From a virus: a stretch of 64,000 bases of DNA. The DNA is taken from IMG/VR virus record IMGVR_UViG_3300008262_000047, one strand, 5' to 3'. This document shows, one piece after another, positions 28,849 through 38,698 of this stretch (position 1 is the first letter of the stretch; the number at the start of each line of letters is the position of its first letter). The notes under the pieces are model-generated. The model saw only the letters and a list, made by a program, of their open reading frames with translations, ran no database searches and had not been told where the DNA came from. A program made the translations under genes and the position numbers.

Positions 28849-29025
28849 ATGACGCAAAATGTGCAGGACCCTGAGGATGAGGCGGTTACAGTAACCGGAC
28901 GATTCTGGGCAGAAGTGGATTTAGATGAGCAAGAATATCTAGACCGGCTGGCCAGTTTCGGAGAAGGATACTATGACTTTTCCACATTATCAGGAGAAGG
29001 AAGTGGTGAAATGAGTTTAGCATAG
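28849..29025 (+). CDS. small acidic early protein (58 aa, not in ORF track)
   Basis: MTQNVQDPEDEAV...EMSLA; GAGG RBS directly after early promoter. Confidence 0.55.
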   Translation: MTQNVQDPEDEAVTVTGRFWAEVDLDEQEYLDRLASFGEGYYDFSTLSGEGSGEMSLA

Positions 29026-29027
29026 GC

Positions 29028-29056
29028 TTGACAAACGGTACTACTTGTAGTATATT
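29028..29056 (+). promoter_or_regulatory. early promoter
   Basis: TTGACA 29028, 17 nt, TATATT 29051. Confidence 0.75.
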
Positions 29057-29099
29057 TAAGTTGTAGGTGAAAACTCTAACTTTCTCAGGAGGCTACATT

Positions 29100-29423
29100 A
29101 TGCGTAATTCAGACAAGGTCAACTTCGTTGGTTTCTCTACTGGTGGCAAGGGCTGCAACGGCACGAAGGTTCGCTTCGCGGTCGAGAAGGTTCGTCGCAG
29201 TAAGGTGCTTCAGAAGATTGGCGCAACTAACATCATTTGGCATGCTCTTCCCGAGGCGATGACGAAGGCGGATGCTGTCAACTATCTTCAGAATCAGACC
29301 ACTTCGCTCAGCCTCGACCAGGTACAGCAGGAGGCGGTGGCGCGTGCCACCAATCGTCTGATCCCTAAGACCAAGACGGCGCCTGCGCCTAAGGCGGCTT
29401 CGAAGGCGAAGCGTAGCAAGTAA
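29100..29423 (+). CDS. basic early protein with Lys/Ala-rich tail
   Basis: AGGAGG RBS; KVRFA..., LPEAMTK.DA. Confidence 0.7.
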   Translation: MRNSDKVNFVGFSTGGKGCNGTKVRFAVEKVRRSKVLQKIGATNIIWHALPEAMTKADAVNYLQNQTTSLSLDQVQQEAVARATNRLIPKTKTAPAPKAASKAKRSK

Positions 29424-29537
29424 AGTATAAAAAGGTTTACGGTTATCCTAATTGAAAACCGTATTTCATTATATGATTGTTAGATGCACCGCCACAATCT
29501 AACAATTCTTGACTTGTGTGGCAATAGGAGATTTACC

Positions 29538-29780
29538 ATGACTCAGAATGAACGTCTTATCCAGTATCTTTCAACCGGTCGTACCCTCACCGCAGCTCAG
29601 GCTCGTAGCCGTTTCGGCGTCCGTAACCTTCGTGCTCGCGTGAACGACCTTCGTAACGATGGCTTCTGCGTGTACACCAATCGCAACAGCAACGGTGTCA
29701 CCTATCGCATGGGAACCCCATCCCGCGCCATCGTCGCCGCAGCCTATAACAAGGCTGGCAGCGCTCTCTTTTCCCGCTAA
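29538..29780 (+). CDS. winged-helix DNA-binding protein
   Basis: LTAAQARSRFGVRNLRARVNDLR..G; AGGAG RBS. Confidence 0.75.
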   Translation: MTQNERLIQYLSTGRTLTAAQARSRFGVRNLRARVNDLRNDGFCVYTNRNSNGVTYRMGTPSRAIVAAAYNKAGSALFSR

Positions 29781-29793
29781 GGAAAAGTAGAAC

Positions 29794-30126
29794 ATGGACA
29801 CGGTGAAGAGCATTATGGGTAATTGGTATCACATTCCTACGGCAATGGCCTTTACATACATGATGCTCTCACCGGCCAAGTTCTTTAAACAGGTGGACAC
29901 TGTGGTTCTACAAGAACCCGATAAAGATGATGTTATTGACTGCCCCTCAGAAATTATTTGTCAAGGAGATTCTATGGAAGACATTCTGCGCGACGAACGG
30001 GTATTGAACAACATCAACATGATGATTTCTAACGCTACAAATCCTGATGTAAAACAACTTTGGGAAGTGAAGAAGGCGGAGTTTGAACGGGCACTACGTT
30101 GGAAGCGTCAGACCCGATATAACTAA
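29794..30126 (+). CDS. hypothetical
   Basis: ORF in operon order. Confidence 0.55.
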   Translation: MDTVKSIMGNWYHIPTAMAFTYMMLSPAKFFKQVDTVVLQEPDKDDVIDCPSEIICQGDSMEDILRDERVLNNINMMISNATNPDVKQLWEVKKAEFERALRWKRQTRYN

Positions 30127-30130
30127 AAAT

Positions 30131-30418
30131 ATGATTAAGAAAAATCTAGACTTCGTGAAGTCTGTCGGCGAAAGTATGGCGAATGAATATTCCATTAATT
30201 GGGAAAGTTGGACAGAAGAAGAAACGAAGCGAATTGAAAAAGAAGCAAACATTTCCATGAAGTTTTATGAAAAGCTGTTCAGAGAATTCAATATAGATAA
30301 CGAAGAACATACCGTTGAAATGTTTGAAGATATACTTGAAAATCTTGTATCAGGATATGTTTTACTATCCATTATCAATAGAAAAAAGGCGGTAGATGAG
30401 CTATTGTCTAGTGTGTGA
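30131..30418 (+). CDS. hypothetical
   Basis: ORF in operon order. Confidence 0.5.
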   Translation: MIKKNLDFVKSVGESMANEYSINWESWTEEETKRIEKEANISMKFYEKLFREFNIDNEEHTVEMFEDILENLVSGYVLLSIINRKKAVDELLSSV

Positions 30419-30419
30419 G

Positions 30420-30427
30420 TATAAATA
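30420..30427 (+). promoter_or_regulatory. T4 late promoter
   Basis: TATAAATA. Confidence 0.7.
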
Positions 30428-30461
30428 GTAGTGTCTTTATACTCAGAGATGGTTGAAACTT

Positions 30462-32246
30462 ATGGTTAGTAAACAAAATAAGCATTTAGAACACCTCGAA
30501 GATGATATCATCAACTTAGGTTATAAAGGCGCCCAACAATCCATAGCGTTTGTTGAGGCGCTTTTGCAGCTGTTTCAGGGAGCTGCCAATACAGGGGTTA
30601 ACGTCACAGTGAAATGGGACGGAGCCCCTGCTGTTGTTGCGGGACGAGACCCAGAAACAGGCTTATTTTTCGTTGCTACAAAACACGGTGCCTTTGCCAA
30701 AACACCCAAACTCTGCTTCTCAGAAGCCATGGTGGACATGTATCATGAAGGGGGTTTGGCAGACACGTTGAAAACATGTTTCCGAGAACTACAACCCTTG
30801 AACATGAAAGATGTTCTACAAGGGGATGTCATGTTTACGCCCGCCACAAAAAAGATGCAGGTCATTGACGGTGAAGAATACATCACATTCAAGCCTAACA
30901 CCATTGTGTATGCTATACCCACCCAGGATCCTTTGTCTGAAAAGATACGAAATAGCAATCTTGGAATTGTCTTTCATACTAAATATTTAGGTACGGGACC
31001 GGTAAATACTTTATCTGCCTCGTTTGGTGTTGACACAAGCCGGCTAAAATCTAGAACCGCCTGGATTGAGGATGCGACATACAAGGACTTGTCCGGAAAA
31101 ATGACGCTGACGGCACAGGAAACTCGTACGGTTAGTACAAAATTAGCCTCCGCCAAAACCAACGCCATAGCAGTACGAAAATTTCTTGACGAACTCTCAA
31201 CACAAAACACCGACCTCACGGTTGGTTACATGTTTAAGATATTCGTTAATCGTTTGGTTCGCGCCAACACCCCTATAACACGGAAAAGTCTTTCTGGGTT
31301 AGAACCTTTTGTTATCAGTAGAATTACTGAAAAAGAAGCAGGGGTGAAAACAAGTGCAGCAAAAATGCGTTATGCGGGATTACGTAAAGAGATTCAGGAA
31401 TATTTACGGGTGAATAGTTCAAATCTTCGAACTATGTTTTCATTATACGAAGATTTATTGATGATGAAAAATATTCTTGTTAAGAAGTTGAATGGAGCAC
31501 AAGGCATTCCTACGTTTATTGAAACAGAGAAAGGATTTAAGGTGACAGATCCTGAAGGATATGTTGCCATTGATAAAAAAGGAAATGCTGTAAAGTTAGT
31601 GAATAGAATGGAGTTTTCAGCAGCAAATTTCAATGCAGTAAAAGATTGGACAGGACCTGCTCCTGTTGCTCCTGAATTGAATACGCCATTGAAAACTATG
31701 GTGTTTGCTTTTGGAAGAATGAATCCTCCAACTATAGGTCATGAAAAACTTATAAAGAAAGTATTGGAGACGGCACGAACAGAAAAAGGTGAGTATGTCA
31801 TCGTGCTTTCAAAAACTCAGAAATCACCTAAGGATCCGTTGGACCCAGAAACAAAATTGAAGTTTGCGAAAAAGATGTTTCCTCGTGTCAATCTTGAATT
31901 GGCAACTCAACAAATGCCCACAATGTTTGGGTGGTTGAAAAAGTTTTACGAAGAACAATATGATAAAGTTATCATGATAGGTGGGTCTGATAGAGTGCGG
32001 GAATATCAAGAACTCCTTAATAAGTATAATGGAAAAGCTGACCAATATACCTTTAAAGTTCTTGAAGTAATATCCGCCGGCGAACGTGACCCTGATGCTG
32101 ATGGAGCATCAGGTATGTCGGCAAGTAAAATGCGTGAGTATGCTAAAAATGATGACTTTAAAAATTTCAAGCGAGGGCTTCCATCAACGTTACGTGAAGC
32201 CGAAGCAAAACAACTCATGGACGCCGTACAGGCAGGTATGGAATAA
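30462..32246 (+). CDS. two-domain protein: conserved T4-like N-domain fused to HIGH-family cytidyltransferase-like domain
   Basis: NKHLEHLED, TVKWDGAPA, EGYVA, KLVNRMEFS; then FGRMNPPTIGH, GSDR, SAGERDPD, GMSASKMR. Confidence 0.75.
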   Translation: MVSKQNKHLEHLEDDIINLGYKGAQQSIAFVEALLQLFQGAANTGVNVTVKWDGAPAVVAGRDPETGLFFVATKHGAFAKTPKLCFSEAMVDMYHEGGLADTLKTCFRELQPLNMKDVLQGDVMFTPATKKMQVIDGEEYITFKPNTIVYAIPTQDPLSEKIRNSNLGIVFHTKYLGTGPVNTLSASFGVDTSRLKSRTAWIEDATYKDLSGKMTLTAQETRTVSTKLASAKTNAIAVRKFLDELSTQNTDLTVGYMFKIFVNRLVRANTPITRKSLSGLEPFVISRITEKEAGVKTSAAKMRYAGLRKEIQEYLRVNSSNLRTMFSLYEDLLMMKNILVKKLNGAQGIPTFIETEKGFKVTDPEGYVAIDKKGNAVKLVNRMEFSAANFNAVKDWTGPAPVAPELNTPLKTMVFAFGRMNPPTIGHEKLIKKVLETARTEKGEYVIVLSKTQKSPKDPLDPETKLKFAKKMFPRVNLELATQQMPTMFGWLKKFYEEQYDKVIMIGGSDRVREYQELLNKYNGKADQYTFKVLEVISAGERDPDADGASGMSASKMREYAKNDDFKNFKRGLPSTLREAEAKQLMDAVQAGME

Positions 32247-33640
32247 TGGCACAATATATTAAGCCGCAAGATGTACAAGATGGAGAACAACGCTATGAAG
32301 TTGTCATGCTTGCAGCAGGCAAGGATGGTAGTGTGGTTGAAGCCACGAATCCCTTACCTGTTACAGGCGGTTATGGCAATAACAATTCATTACTAGTATC
32401 TCTGGGCGGCACAAACCTCGATGCGTTTGGTCGCCTTCGTATCTCTGAACCACATACACTTGCTGATTATAGTCATACCTACGGAGAAGAAGTTGAACTC
32501 TTAACTGCATCAAGTGGATCAGGAACAAAAACTCTCCGAGCCAATGAAGCATCAGTTCGTTTAACTGTGGGCACAGGCGATGGTGATTTCGTAGTGCATC
32601 AAAGTAGAATGCATCATCACTACATGCCAGGAAAAAGTCAATTGGCATTGATGAGTTTCATGTTCGGTAACGCCCGAGCCAATACAGTAAAGCGTGTGGG
32701 ATTATTCGGAGAAGAAGATGGCGTATATTTTCAACAAGCTGGTAATGGCACTTTACAATTTGTGAAGCGCACAAGTATTAGCGGATCTGTGGTTGATGAA
32801 ACACCCATCAATCAAGCAAACTGGAACGTAGATAAGTGTGACGGAACAGGCGCATCAGGATTTGATTTAGAAATCACTGCTACTCAACTGTTTTTCTGTG
32901 ATTATCAATGGCTAGGTGTGGGACGTTTGCGTGTAGGATTTGTGCATAACGGCGAGTTCATTGTGGCTCATGAATTCACACATAGTAATACCTTATCTAC
33001 TGTATATTGGAGAAATCCTAACCTTCCCATTCGTTGTGAAATTCGTAACATCGGTACAGCTGTTGGAACTGCCTTCATGGATCAAGTGTGTTCCACAGTG
33101 ATGTCAGAAGGGGGATACATTGAATCGGGTGTGAATTTCAGTAATTATGCGGAAAACATTCTCCTATCAAAAGGATCTCCTGCCGCGGCAAAATGTTTAA
33201 TGGCTATTCGCTTAACTGACACCTATCAATCCCTACCTAACAGAAGTGTTGTTCGCTTAACAGATATGAATATATTGTCTGATGGTGCATCCATTGTGTT
33301 TGAATTATGGCGCCTCCCCGGAGATGCCAACATCACGGGCGGTAGTTGGGTGGCGGCTAACAGCTCCTCTGTAGTAGAATACAACATCACGGCAGGCACT
33401 AGCTTCAATACTACAGGTGGTGAATTGTTTGCAAGTGGATTCGTTGCTGCCAACAATCCTTCAGGAAAACAAGCCTCTGGTGGCAATAGTATTGCCGATC
33501 CCATCAAGGCAAAACGTGCCTATATCAGTCAAAACATCACATCTACTGAAAGTAACATTTTTGCTTTAGTTGCCAGAAACTTAAGCACTACTGCTGATAC
33601 CAATGCCTTTGCATCAATGCAATGGCGCGAAACTCGTTAA
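32246..33640 (+). CDS. putative virion structural protein
   Basis: NPLPV, DAFGRLRIS, YMPGKSQL, YQWLGVG; beta-rich; late operon. Confidence 0.6.
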   Translation: MAQYIKPQDVQDGEQRYEVVMLAAGKDGSVVEATNPLPVTGGYGNNNSLLVSLGGTNLDAFGRLRISEPHTLADYSHTYGEEVELLTASSGSGTKTLRANEASVRLTVGTGDGDFVVHQSRMHHHYMPGKSQLALMSFMFGNARANTVKRVGLFGEEDGVYFQQAGNGTLQFVKRTSISGSVVDETPINQANWNVDKCDGTGASGFDLEITATQLFFCDYQWLGVGRLRVGFVHNGEFIVAHEFTHSNTLSTVYWRNPNLPIRCEIRNIGTAVGTAFMDQVCSTVMSEGGYIESGVNFSNYAENILLSKGSPAAAKCLMAIRLTDTYQSLPNRSVVRLTDMNILSDGASIVFELWRLPGDANITGGSWVAANSSSVVEYNITAGTSFNTTGGELFASGFVAANNPSGKQASGGNSIADPIKAKRAYISQNITSTESNIFALVARNLSTTADTNAFASMQWRETR

Positions 33641-33659
33641 CTCTAACCGGAACAAATAA

Positions 33660-34259
33660 ATGGATATTCAAAAGCTCAAGGGACATGTTCCCGATACTGT
33701 AATCGCACAAATTCCAGAAGTCATGGAAAAGTTTCAAATCAATACCCCACTTCGTTTATGCCACTTCTTGTCACAATGTGGACATGAATCAGGCAACTTC
33801 AAGGCAGTCAATGAAAATTTGAACTATGGCGCCAAGGGATTGTTGGGATTGTTCAAGAAGTATTTCCCAACCGAAGCCAAGGCATTGGAATACGAACGTA
33901 AGCCTGAAAAGATTGCCAATCTTATTTACGGCGGTCGTATGGGTAATGGTCCAGAAGCCTCAGGTGAAGGATACAAGTATCGTGGTCGTGGCTACATTCA
34001 ATTGACAGGTAAGGATAACTATGGTGCCTTTGATAAGGTGGTACCAGAAAACATTCTTGAAACACCTGATTTGGTTGCCACCAAGTATCCCCTTCTTTCA
34101 GCCGCTTGGTTCTGGAACTCACGTGGATTGAATGCCTTGTCAGACAAGGGTGCCACAGATGCCGATGTCACAGCCATCACAAAGAAAGTAAACGGTGGTA
34201 CTATTGGCTTGGCAGATAGAATCAAGCACTTCAAAGAATTCTACGCTTTGTTGAAGTAA
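33660..34259 (+). CDS. glycoside hydrolase family 19 endolysin
   Basis: FLSQCGHES, ENLNY, YRGRGYIQLTG, SAAWFW, TKKVNGG. Confidence 0.9.
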   Translation: MDIQKLKGHVPDTVIAQIPEVMEKFQINTPLRLCHFLSQCGHESGNFKAVNENLNYGAKGLLGLFKKYFPTEAKALEYERKPEKIANLIYGGRMGNGPEASGEGYKYRGRGYIQLTGKDNYGAFDKVVPENILETPDLVATKYPLLSAAWFWNSRGLNALSDKGATDADVTAITKKVNGGTIGLADRIKHFKEFYALLK

Positions 34260-34285
34260 TAAATAATTAAAAAGAGGACCTTTCC

Positions 34286-34912
34286 ATGTTGACAAAGAAT
34301 TTAAAATATATGATTGCAATATCCATATCATTATGGGTCATCTTTGTCTACATGGATGGTCGTAGTAAAGATAAAATGCAGGAGTATATTGATAACTACA
34401 AGATATTCCAAGCACAAGCAGATTCAGCAGTAAAGTTTGCTGATAGTTTGAAAACACAAATCATCATTGAAGAAACTGAAGCAAAACTTGCACAAGACAA
34501 AGCCAGTGAATATGCCCAAGATGTACTAGAATTACGAAACACAACGTCTATATTACAAAGTAGACGAGCTGCTTTATTGAAAGAAACCGAAATGCCGCAG
34601 ACTGTCACGGATTCTTTATCGCACATGACATCAATCATCTCGCTTCAAGATTCAATCATTGAACAACAAGAAAATACAATAGATACACAAGATGCACAAA
34701 TTGGACAATTAAACAAAGCTCTACAAAATAAAGACAACGCAATATTCTTACTTACAACGTCCCGTGACAGTCTGCAAAAGGTTGTATTAAACATTCCCCC
34801 AGCACCGAAAAATCCCAACAAGATGTTTGGCATTCCTTTACCCAGTAGAAAGGTAATGGCCGTTACAGGATTTATAGCAGGTGCCATAACTACTTCGGTA
34901 CTACTAAAATGA
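34286..34912 (+). CDS. membrane-anchored coiled-coil protein, spanin-like
   Basis: N-terminal TM, long coiled coil, hydrophobic C-terminus; follows endolysin. Confidence 0.5.
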   Translation: MLTKNLKYMIAISISLWVIFVYMDGRSKDKMQEYIDNYKIFQAQADSAVKFADSLKTQIIIEETEAKLAQDKASEYAQDVLELRNTTSILQSRRAALLKETEMPQTVTDSLSHMTSIISLQDSIIEQQENTIDTQDAQIGQLNKALQNKDNAIFLLTTSRDSLQKVVLNIPPAPKNPNKMFGIPLPSRKVMAVTGFIAGAITTSVLLK

Positions 34913-35136
34913 AAAAAATGAAAAATCCCTGTTGGAAAGGATATCAATCAATTGGTACAAAAATGAAGAACGGCAAAGAAGTTCCTAACTGCGTTCCCAT
35001 TAAAGAACAAGTCGAAGAAAAAATTTCGCTATTAACGTTTAAAGATTTCTTGGCATGGGTGAAAGACTCATACAAGAATAATCCTGAGCCTAAGATTGAT
35101 GATGCACACAGAACTAATCCCATGGGTACCGCATGA
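34909..35136 (+). CDS. small late protein (PCWKGY...VPNCVP family)
   Basis: Motif recurrent in T4-like marine/freshwater phages. Confidence 0.65.
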   Translation: MKKMKNPCWKGYQSIGTKMKNGKEVPNCVPIKEQVEEKISLLTFKDFLAWVKDSYKNNPEPKIDDAHRTNPMGTA

Positions 35137-35750
35137 AAAATGAATGGGGCACTCCGGAGCTAACACGCAAGTGGCTCAAACAAACACCCGGTCAACATCC
35201 CAAGAAAACAAAAACCTTTAAGGAATTTGTTGAAATTGAGATGTGTGACACACTTGCCCCATATATGGATAATGAAATTGATTTATCCGATCCCTCTGAT
35301 GATGAATTGTTACAAGAGTTAGAAGTCATGTATGATGAGATGTCAGAAGAAGAATGGGAAGACCTACTTCAAGATTATGAAATGGATGAAGAAGTATTGA
35401 TGGAAAAGGGGTTGACACCCATGGGCAGAATTAAAAAACGCTTCTCTGCCATACGTTCTCGTCATAAAAGAAATCTATATAAGAACATGGCATTGAATCG
35501 TTCCGCCTCACCGCAACGTATTCAACAACGTGCAAAGTTGGCAGCGCGTAGAATGATGTATAAGAGAATTCTACGTAATCGTCCCAGAACATCATTGTCT
35601 CCTGCAGAAAAATCTCGTATTGAAACATTGATGAAGCGCGTACCATTTCAGGCATTCATTGCGCGTCAAACTATCCGCTTACGCCCTAACTTACGAAAGA
35701 TAGAAATGAAGCGCATTGCTAACAGAAGAACACGAAAAAGAAAAAAATAA
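35133..35750 (+). CDS. acidic/basic bipartite late protein, possible head internal protein
   Basis: EWGT..LT....TPGQ, KTFKEFVE; acidic middle, very basic C-half. Confidence 0.55.
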   Translation: MKNEWGTPELTRKWLKQTPGQHPKKTKTFKEFVEIEMCDTLAPYMDNEIDLSDPSDDELLQELEVMYDEMSEEEWEDLLQDYEMDEEVLMEKGLTPMGRIKKRFSAIRSRHKRNLYKNMALNRSASPQRIQQRAKLAARRMMYKRILRNRPRTSLSPAEKSRIETLMKRVPFQAFIARQTIRLRPNLRKIEMKRIANRRTRKRKK

Positions 35751-35766
35751 ACTATAGGAACAAGAC

Positions 35767-36072
35767 ATGCTATCATTCAGAGAATTCATCACAGAAGCCG
35801 CTCCTGCCTGGCAACGAAAAGAAGGTAAAAGTGCGTCAGGCGGATTAAATAGAAAAGGCATTGCATCATATCGCCGTGAAAATCCCGGCAGTAAGTTGTC
35901 TATGGCTGTAACCACAAAACCCTCCAAATTGAAGGCGGGAAGTAAAGCAGCCAAACGGAGAAAGAGTTTCTGTGCCAGAATGGGCGGAATGAAGAAAAGA
36001 TTAACTTCAGCCAAGACGGCCAGAGACCCAAATTCTCGTATCAACAAAGCACTTCGTAAATGGAATTGCTAA
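35767..36072 (+). CDS. basic late protein (AWQRKEGK family), possible internal protein
   Basis: MLSFREFITE N-terminus; RRKSFCARM, KALRKWNC. Confidence 0.7.
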   Translation: MLSFREFITEAAPAWQRKEGKSASGGLNRKGIASYRRENPGSKLSMAVTTKPSKLKAGSKAAKRRKSFCARMGGMKKRLTSAKTARDPNSRINKALRKWNC

Positions 36073-36076
36073 TTCA

Positions 36077-36084
36077 TATAAATA
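36077..36084 (+). promoter_or_regulatory. T4 late promoter
   Basis: TATAAATA. Confidence 0.7.
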
Positions 36085-36110
36085 GTCATATAATTTTTTA
36101 GGAAGTGCAT

Positions 36111-36695
36111 ATGCAAACATTAGAACGTGAAAATCTTGGGGAGAACTTCGATTTATCCAAATTGGAACTTCTTGTTCGATTGGGATTGATGCCGTTACAA
36201 ACACTCCCCATTTTACGTAGAGCATTATATAGAATTCAAAGTGGTACAATGTTAACTCCTGATGACCGTATGGTTATTGCAACACTTCTAAATAAGTTAA
36301 TGAGTATGTCTTTTGATGATTCTGCAATATTTCAACGAATGCGTACCATAGTCACCCAAACACGGAACCCTGCCATGGAATCAATAGTTACTGAAAAAAG
36401 TGATGAAACGTTAAAGCGTATGCCAGAAGGAATGTTATCCACCTTGGCTACCAATGTAAAGAGTAAAGAACGCGCAGGGGGTAAACTCTCTCCTGAAGAT
36501 AAGCGCGTGGCAAGTCGTGCCAAAGCTGAACTTCGCCGCCGTCGTGATAATGCAAAAGGTATGAGAGAAAGCTACGAAAATGCATTTCTTTCAACCATGA
36601 AGGAATACGGCATCACGAATATTGCAGATTTGCCAAAAGAAAATGTAAAAGAATTTTTCAATAAAGTCGAACACCTCTATAATTCAGGAGAATAA
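36111..36695 (+). CDS. hypothetical late protein
   Basis: AGGA RBS; LVRLGL and KEFFNKV motifs. Confidence 0.6.
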   Translation: MQTLERENLGENFDLSKLELLVRLGLMPLQTLPILRRALYRIQSGTMLTPDDRMVIATLLNKLMSMSFDDSAIFQRMRTIVTQTRNPAMESIVTEKSDETLKRMPEGMLSTLATNVKSKERAGGKLSPEDKRVASRAKAELRRRRDNAKGMRESYENAFLSTMKEYGITNIADLPKENVKEFFNKVEHLYNSGE

Positions 36696-36698
36696 CAT

Positions 36699-38225
36699 AT
36701 GTCAGGCTGGGGTAAAGCAGACGATAAAACATCGTCAGGTACAATAACATTAACAGCACCTACCATCACATTCAACGGCGCTACTGCTCATGCCGCTGGT
36801 GTCATCACATCAAATAGTCATCCGTTTCAAACAGGCGATGCCGTAGTATATTCAAACGGTGGCGGCACATCAATTGTAGGACTCACATCAGGTTCAACAT
36901 ATTATGTTGTGAATCTTTCAACAAACACACTAGGATTAGCTGCAACTGAAGCAAACGCATTGCTCGGCAGCATTCTTGCCACAACTGACGGTGTTGGTGC
37001 ATCACACACATTGACACATAGCTTAGATTATGGTCGTGGTGTGATTACAGGTTCTTCAACAGGATTCACAACTGAAGCAGCACCAGGCGACTTCATTCGT
37101 GTAGGAGACCAAGAAATGATTATCATTTCTATTGCTTCTGATACATCATGCCAAGTCATCAATGCCAATCCACAAGTGGTGTTGTCAGCATTCAGCGGCG
37201 AAGGATACACTTTAAGTGAAAAGCCAACATCATTACCAAGTGATCCAAGCATCTTATCAACCGAAGTGTTCGGTGTTAATGCCACTGAAATTGGTGCAGG
37301 CGGCGACAATGTAGTTTCTGTTGCTGTAGTAAATGGTGGCACATTATATGTGGAAGCTCCTGCCGTATCATTCACAGGCGGTGGCGGTTCATCAGCAGCA
37401 GCTACAGCGACTATCTCAGGCGGTGCAGTAACCTCTATTGCAGTCACAAACACAGGTTCATCATACGAAACAGTTCCTACTGTAGTTATTCCTAAGGCTC
37501 GGGTAACCATCCCAACTTTAGGTGTAACAACATCAACTGACACCATCGCCTATACAAGTCACGGTCTTACAGCAGGAAGTGTTGTTGTATACAACAACGG
37601 TGGTGGTACTTCTGCAACAGGTCTTACTTCTGGTACAACATACTATGTTGCCACTGCTGGTTTAACAGCCAATGCCTTCAAGGTGAAGGCAGCAACCACA
37701 ACAGGCACTTTGGCAGCAACTGTTGCTGTTTCAGGAACAGGTGGTCAATTCACTTGCGGTAACTCAACACTTGCTTCAGGCGACCGTGTCACCATCACTG
37801 GTACACTAGGTGGTACTGCAACCATCACAGGTTACGCCACAGGAACTGTATACACGGTGTCAGCCGTTACTGGTTCATCACCTAACGTAACAGGCTTCAC
37901 ACTAACAACTGAAGCTGGTGCAGCTCTTACAACAACTGCTGGTACATTGACAGGTCTAACATACACAGTAGAAACTGTTGTTGACATCTCAGGTACTGGT
38001 AACAATGCACAATACTTTGAAAAGGTGGCTTCAACAGCTGCAACTGCAACAGCAGCCAAGGGTACAGGTGAAACAGGAACTTCAGCAGCACACACTGGTT
38101 GGGTAAAGAGAAAGGTGGGCGTGGGTCAACATGCAGGACGTATTCAATATGAAGTGCTTGTGGCATTGTCAAAGAATGGTATCACAAGTGATGCTGCTGA
38201 TGACATCCAATTCCCAGACGCATAA
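36699..38225 (+). CDS. Thr/Gly-rich fibre or decoration protein
   Basis: Repeated HxxxxG..VVY.NGGGTS..GLTSG.TYYV modules; AHTGWV...EVLVA C-terminus. Confidence 0.65.
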   Translation: MSGWGKADDKTSSGTITLTAPTITFNGATAHAAGVITSNSHPFQTGDAVVYSNGGGTSIVGLTSGSTYYVVNLSTNTLGLAATEANALLGSILATTDGVGASHTLTHSLDYGRGVITGSSTGFTTEAAPGDFIRVGDQEMIIISIASDTSCQVINANPQVVLSAFSGEGYTLSEKPTSLPSDPSILSTEVFGVNATEIGAGGDNVVSVAVVNGGTLYVEAPAVSFTGGGGSSAAATATISGGAVTSIAVTNTGSSYETVPTVVIPKARVTIPTLGVTTSTDTIAYTSHGLTAGSVVVYNNGGGTSATGLTSGTTYYVATAGLTANAFKVKAATTTGTLAATVAVSGTGGQFTCGNSTLASGDRVTITGTLGGTATITGYATGTVYTVSAVTGSSPNVTGFTLTTEAGAALTTTAGTLTGLTYTVETVVDISGTGNNAQYFEKVASTAATATAAKGTGETGTSAAHTGWVKRKVGVGQHAGRIQYEVLVALSKNGITSDAADDIQFPDA

Positions 38226-38237
38226 TCAGACTAACTC

Positions 38238-38684
38238 ATGGCAGATAGCAAAGTAACAGATTTTAGTGCAGCTACGTCCGTCAATTCGGCGGACGTACTG
38301 TACCTTATTCAAGGAACTGCTGACAAGAAAATTTCAATTTCAACATTATTGGCTAATTTGCCCAATAGTTTAACGAAATTTTCTGGACTGATTGCTTTGG
38401 CCTTCAATGGTGCTCAAACACTTGCAGGATCAGGAACCATTCAAACAACACAAACGTTAACACTTATAAGTAATACTGGAACAACCAGTTCGCTGGGTAT
38501 CAGTGATGGGCTGTATGAAGGACAAATTAAAGTCATCATGTGTACATCAGCATCGGCAAATTCTACTATTACAAGTAACATCAAGGCAACAAGTATCACG
38601 TTTAATTCAGCGGGAGATACAGCACTTCTTGTTTGGTACGGTAGTGATTGGTGGGTGTTGGGCGGCACAGCAACAGTGGTATAA
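38238..38684 (+). CDS. putative virion protein
   Basis: MADSKVTD start; GQIKVI; LVWYGSDWW. Confidence 0.55.
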   Translation: MADSKVTDFSAATSVNSADVLYLIQGTADKKISISTLLANLPNSLTKFSGLIALAFNGAQTLAGSGTIQTTQTLTLISNTGTTSSLGISDGLYEGQIKVIMCTSASANSTITSNIKATSITFNSAGDTALLVWYGSDWWVLGGTATVV

Positions 38685-38698
38685 ATGTAAATATTATT

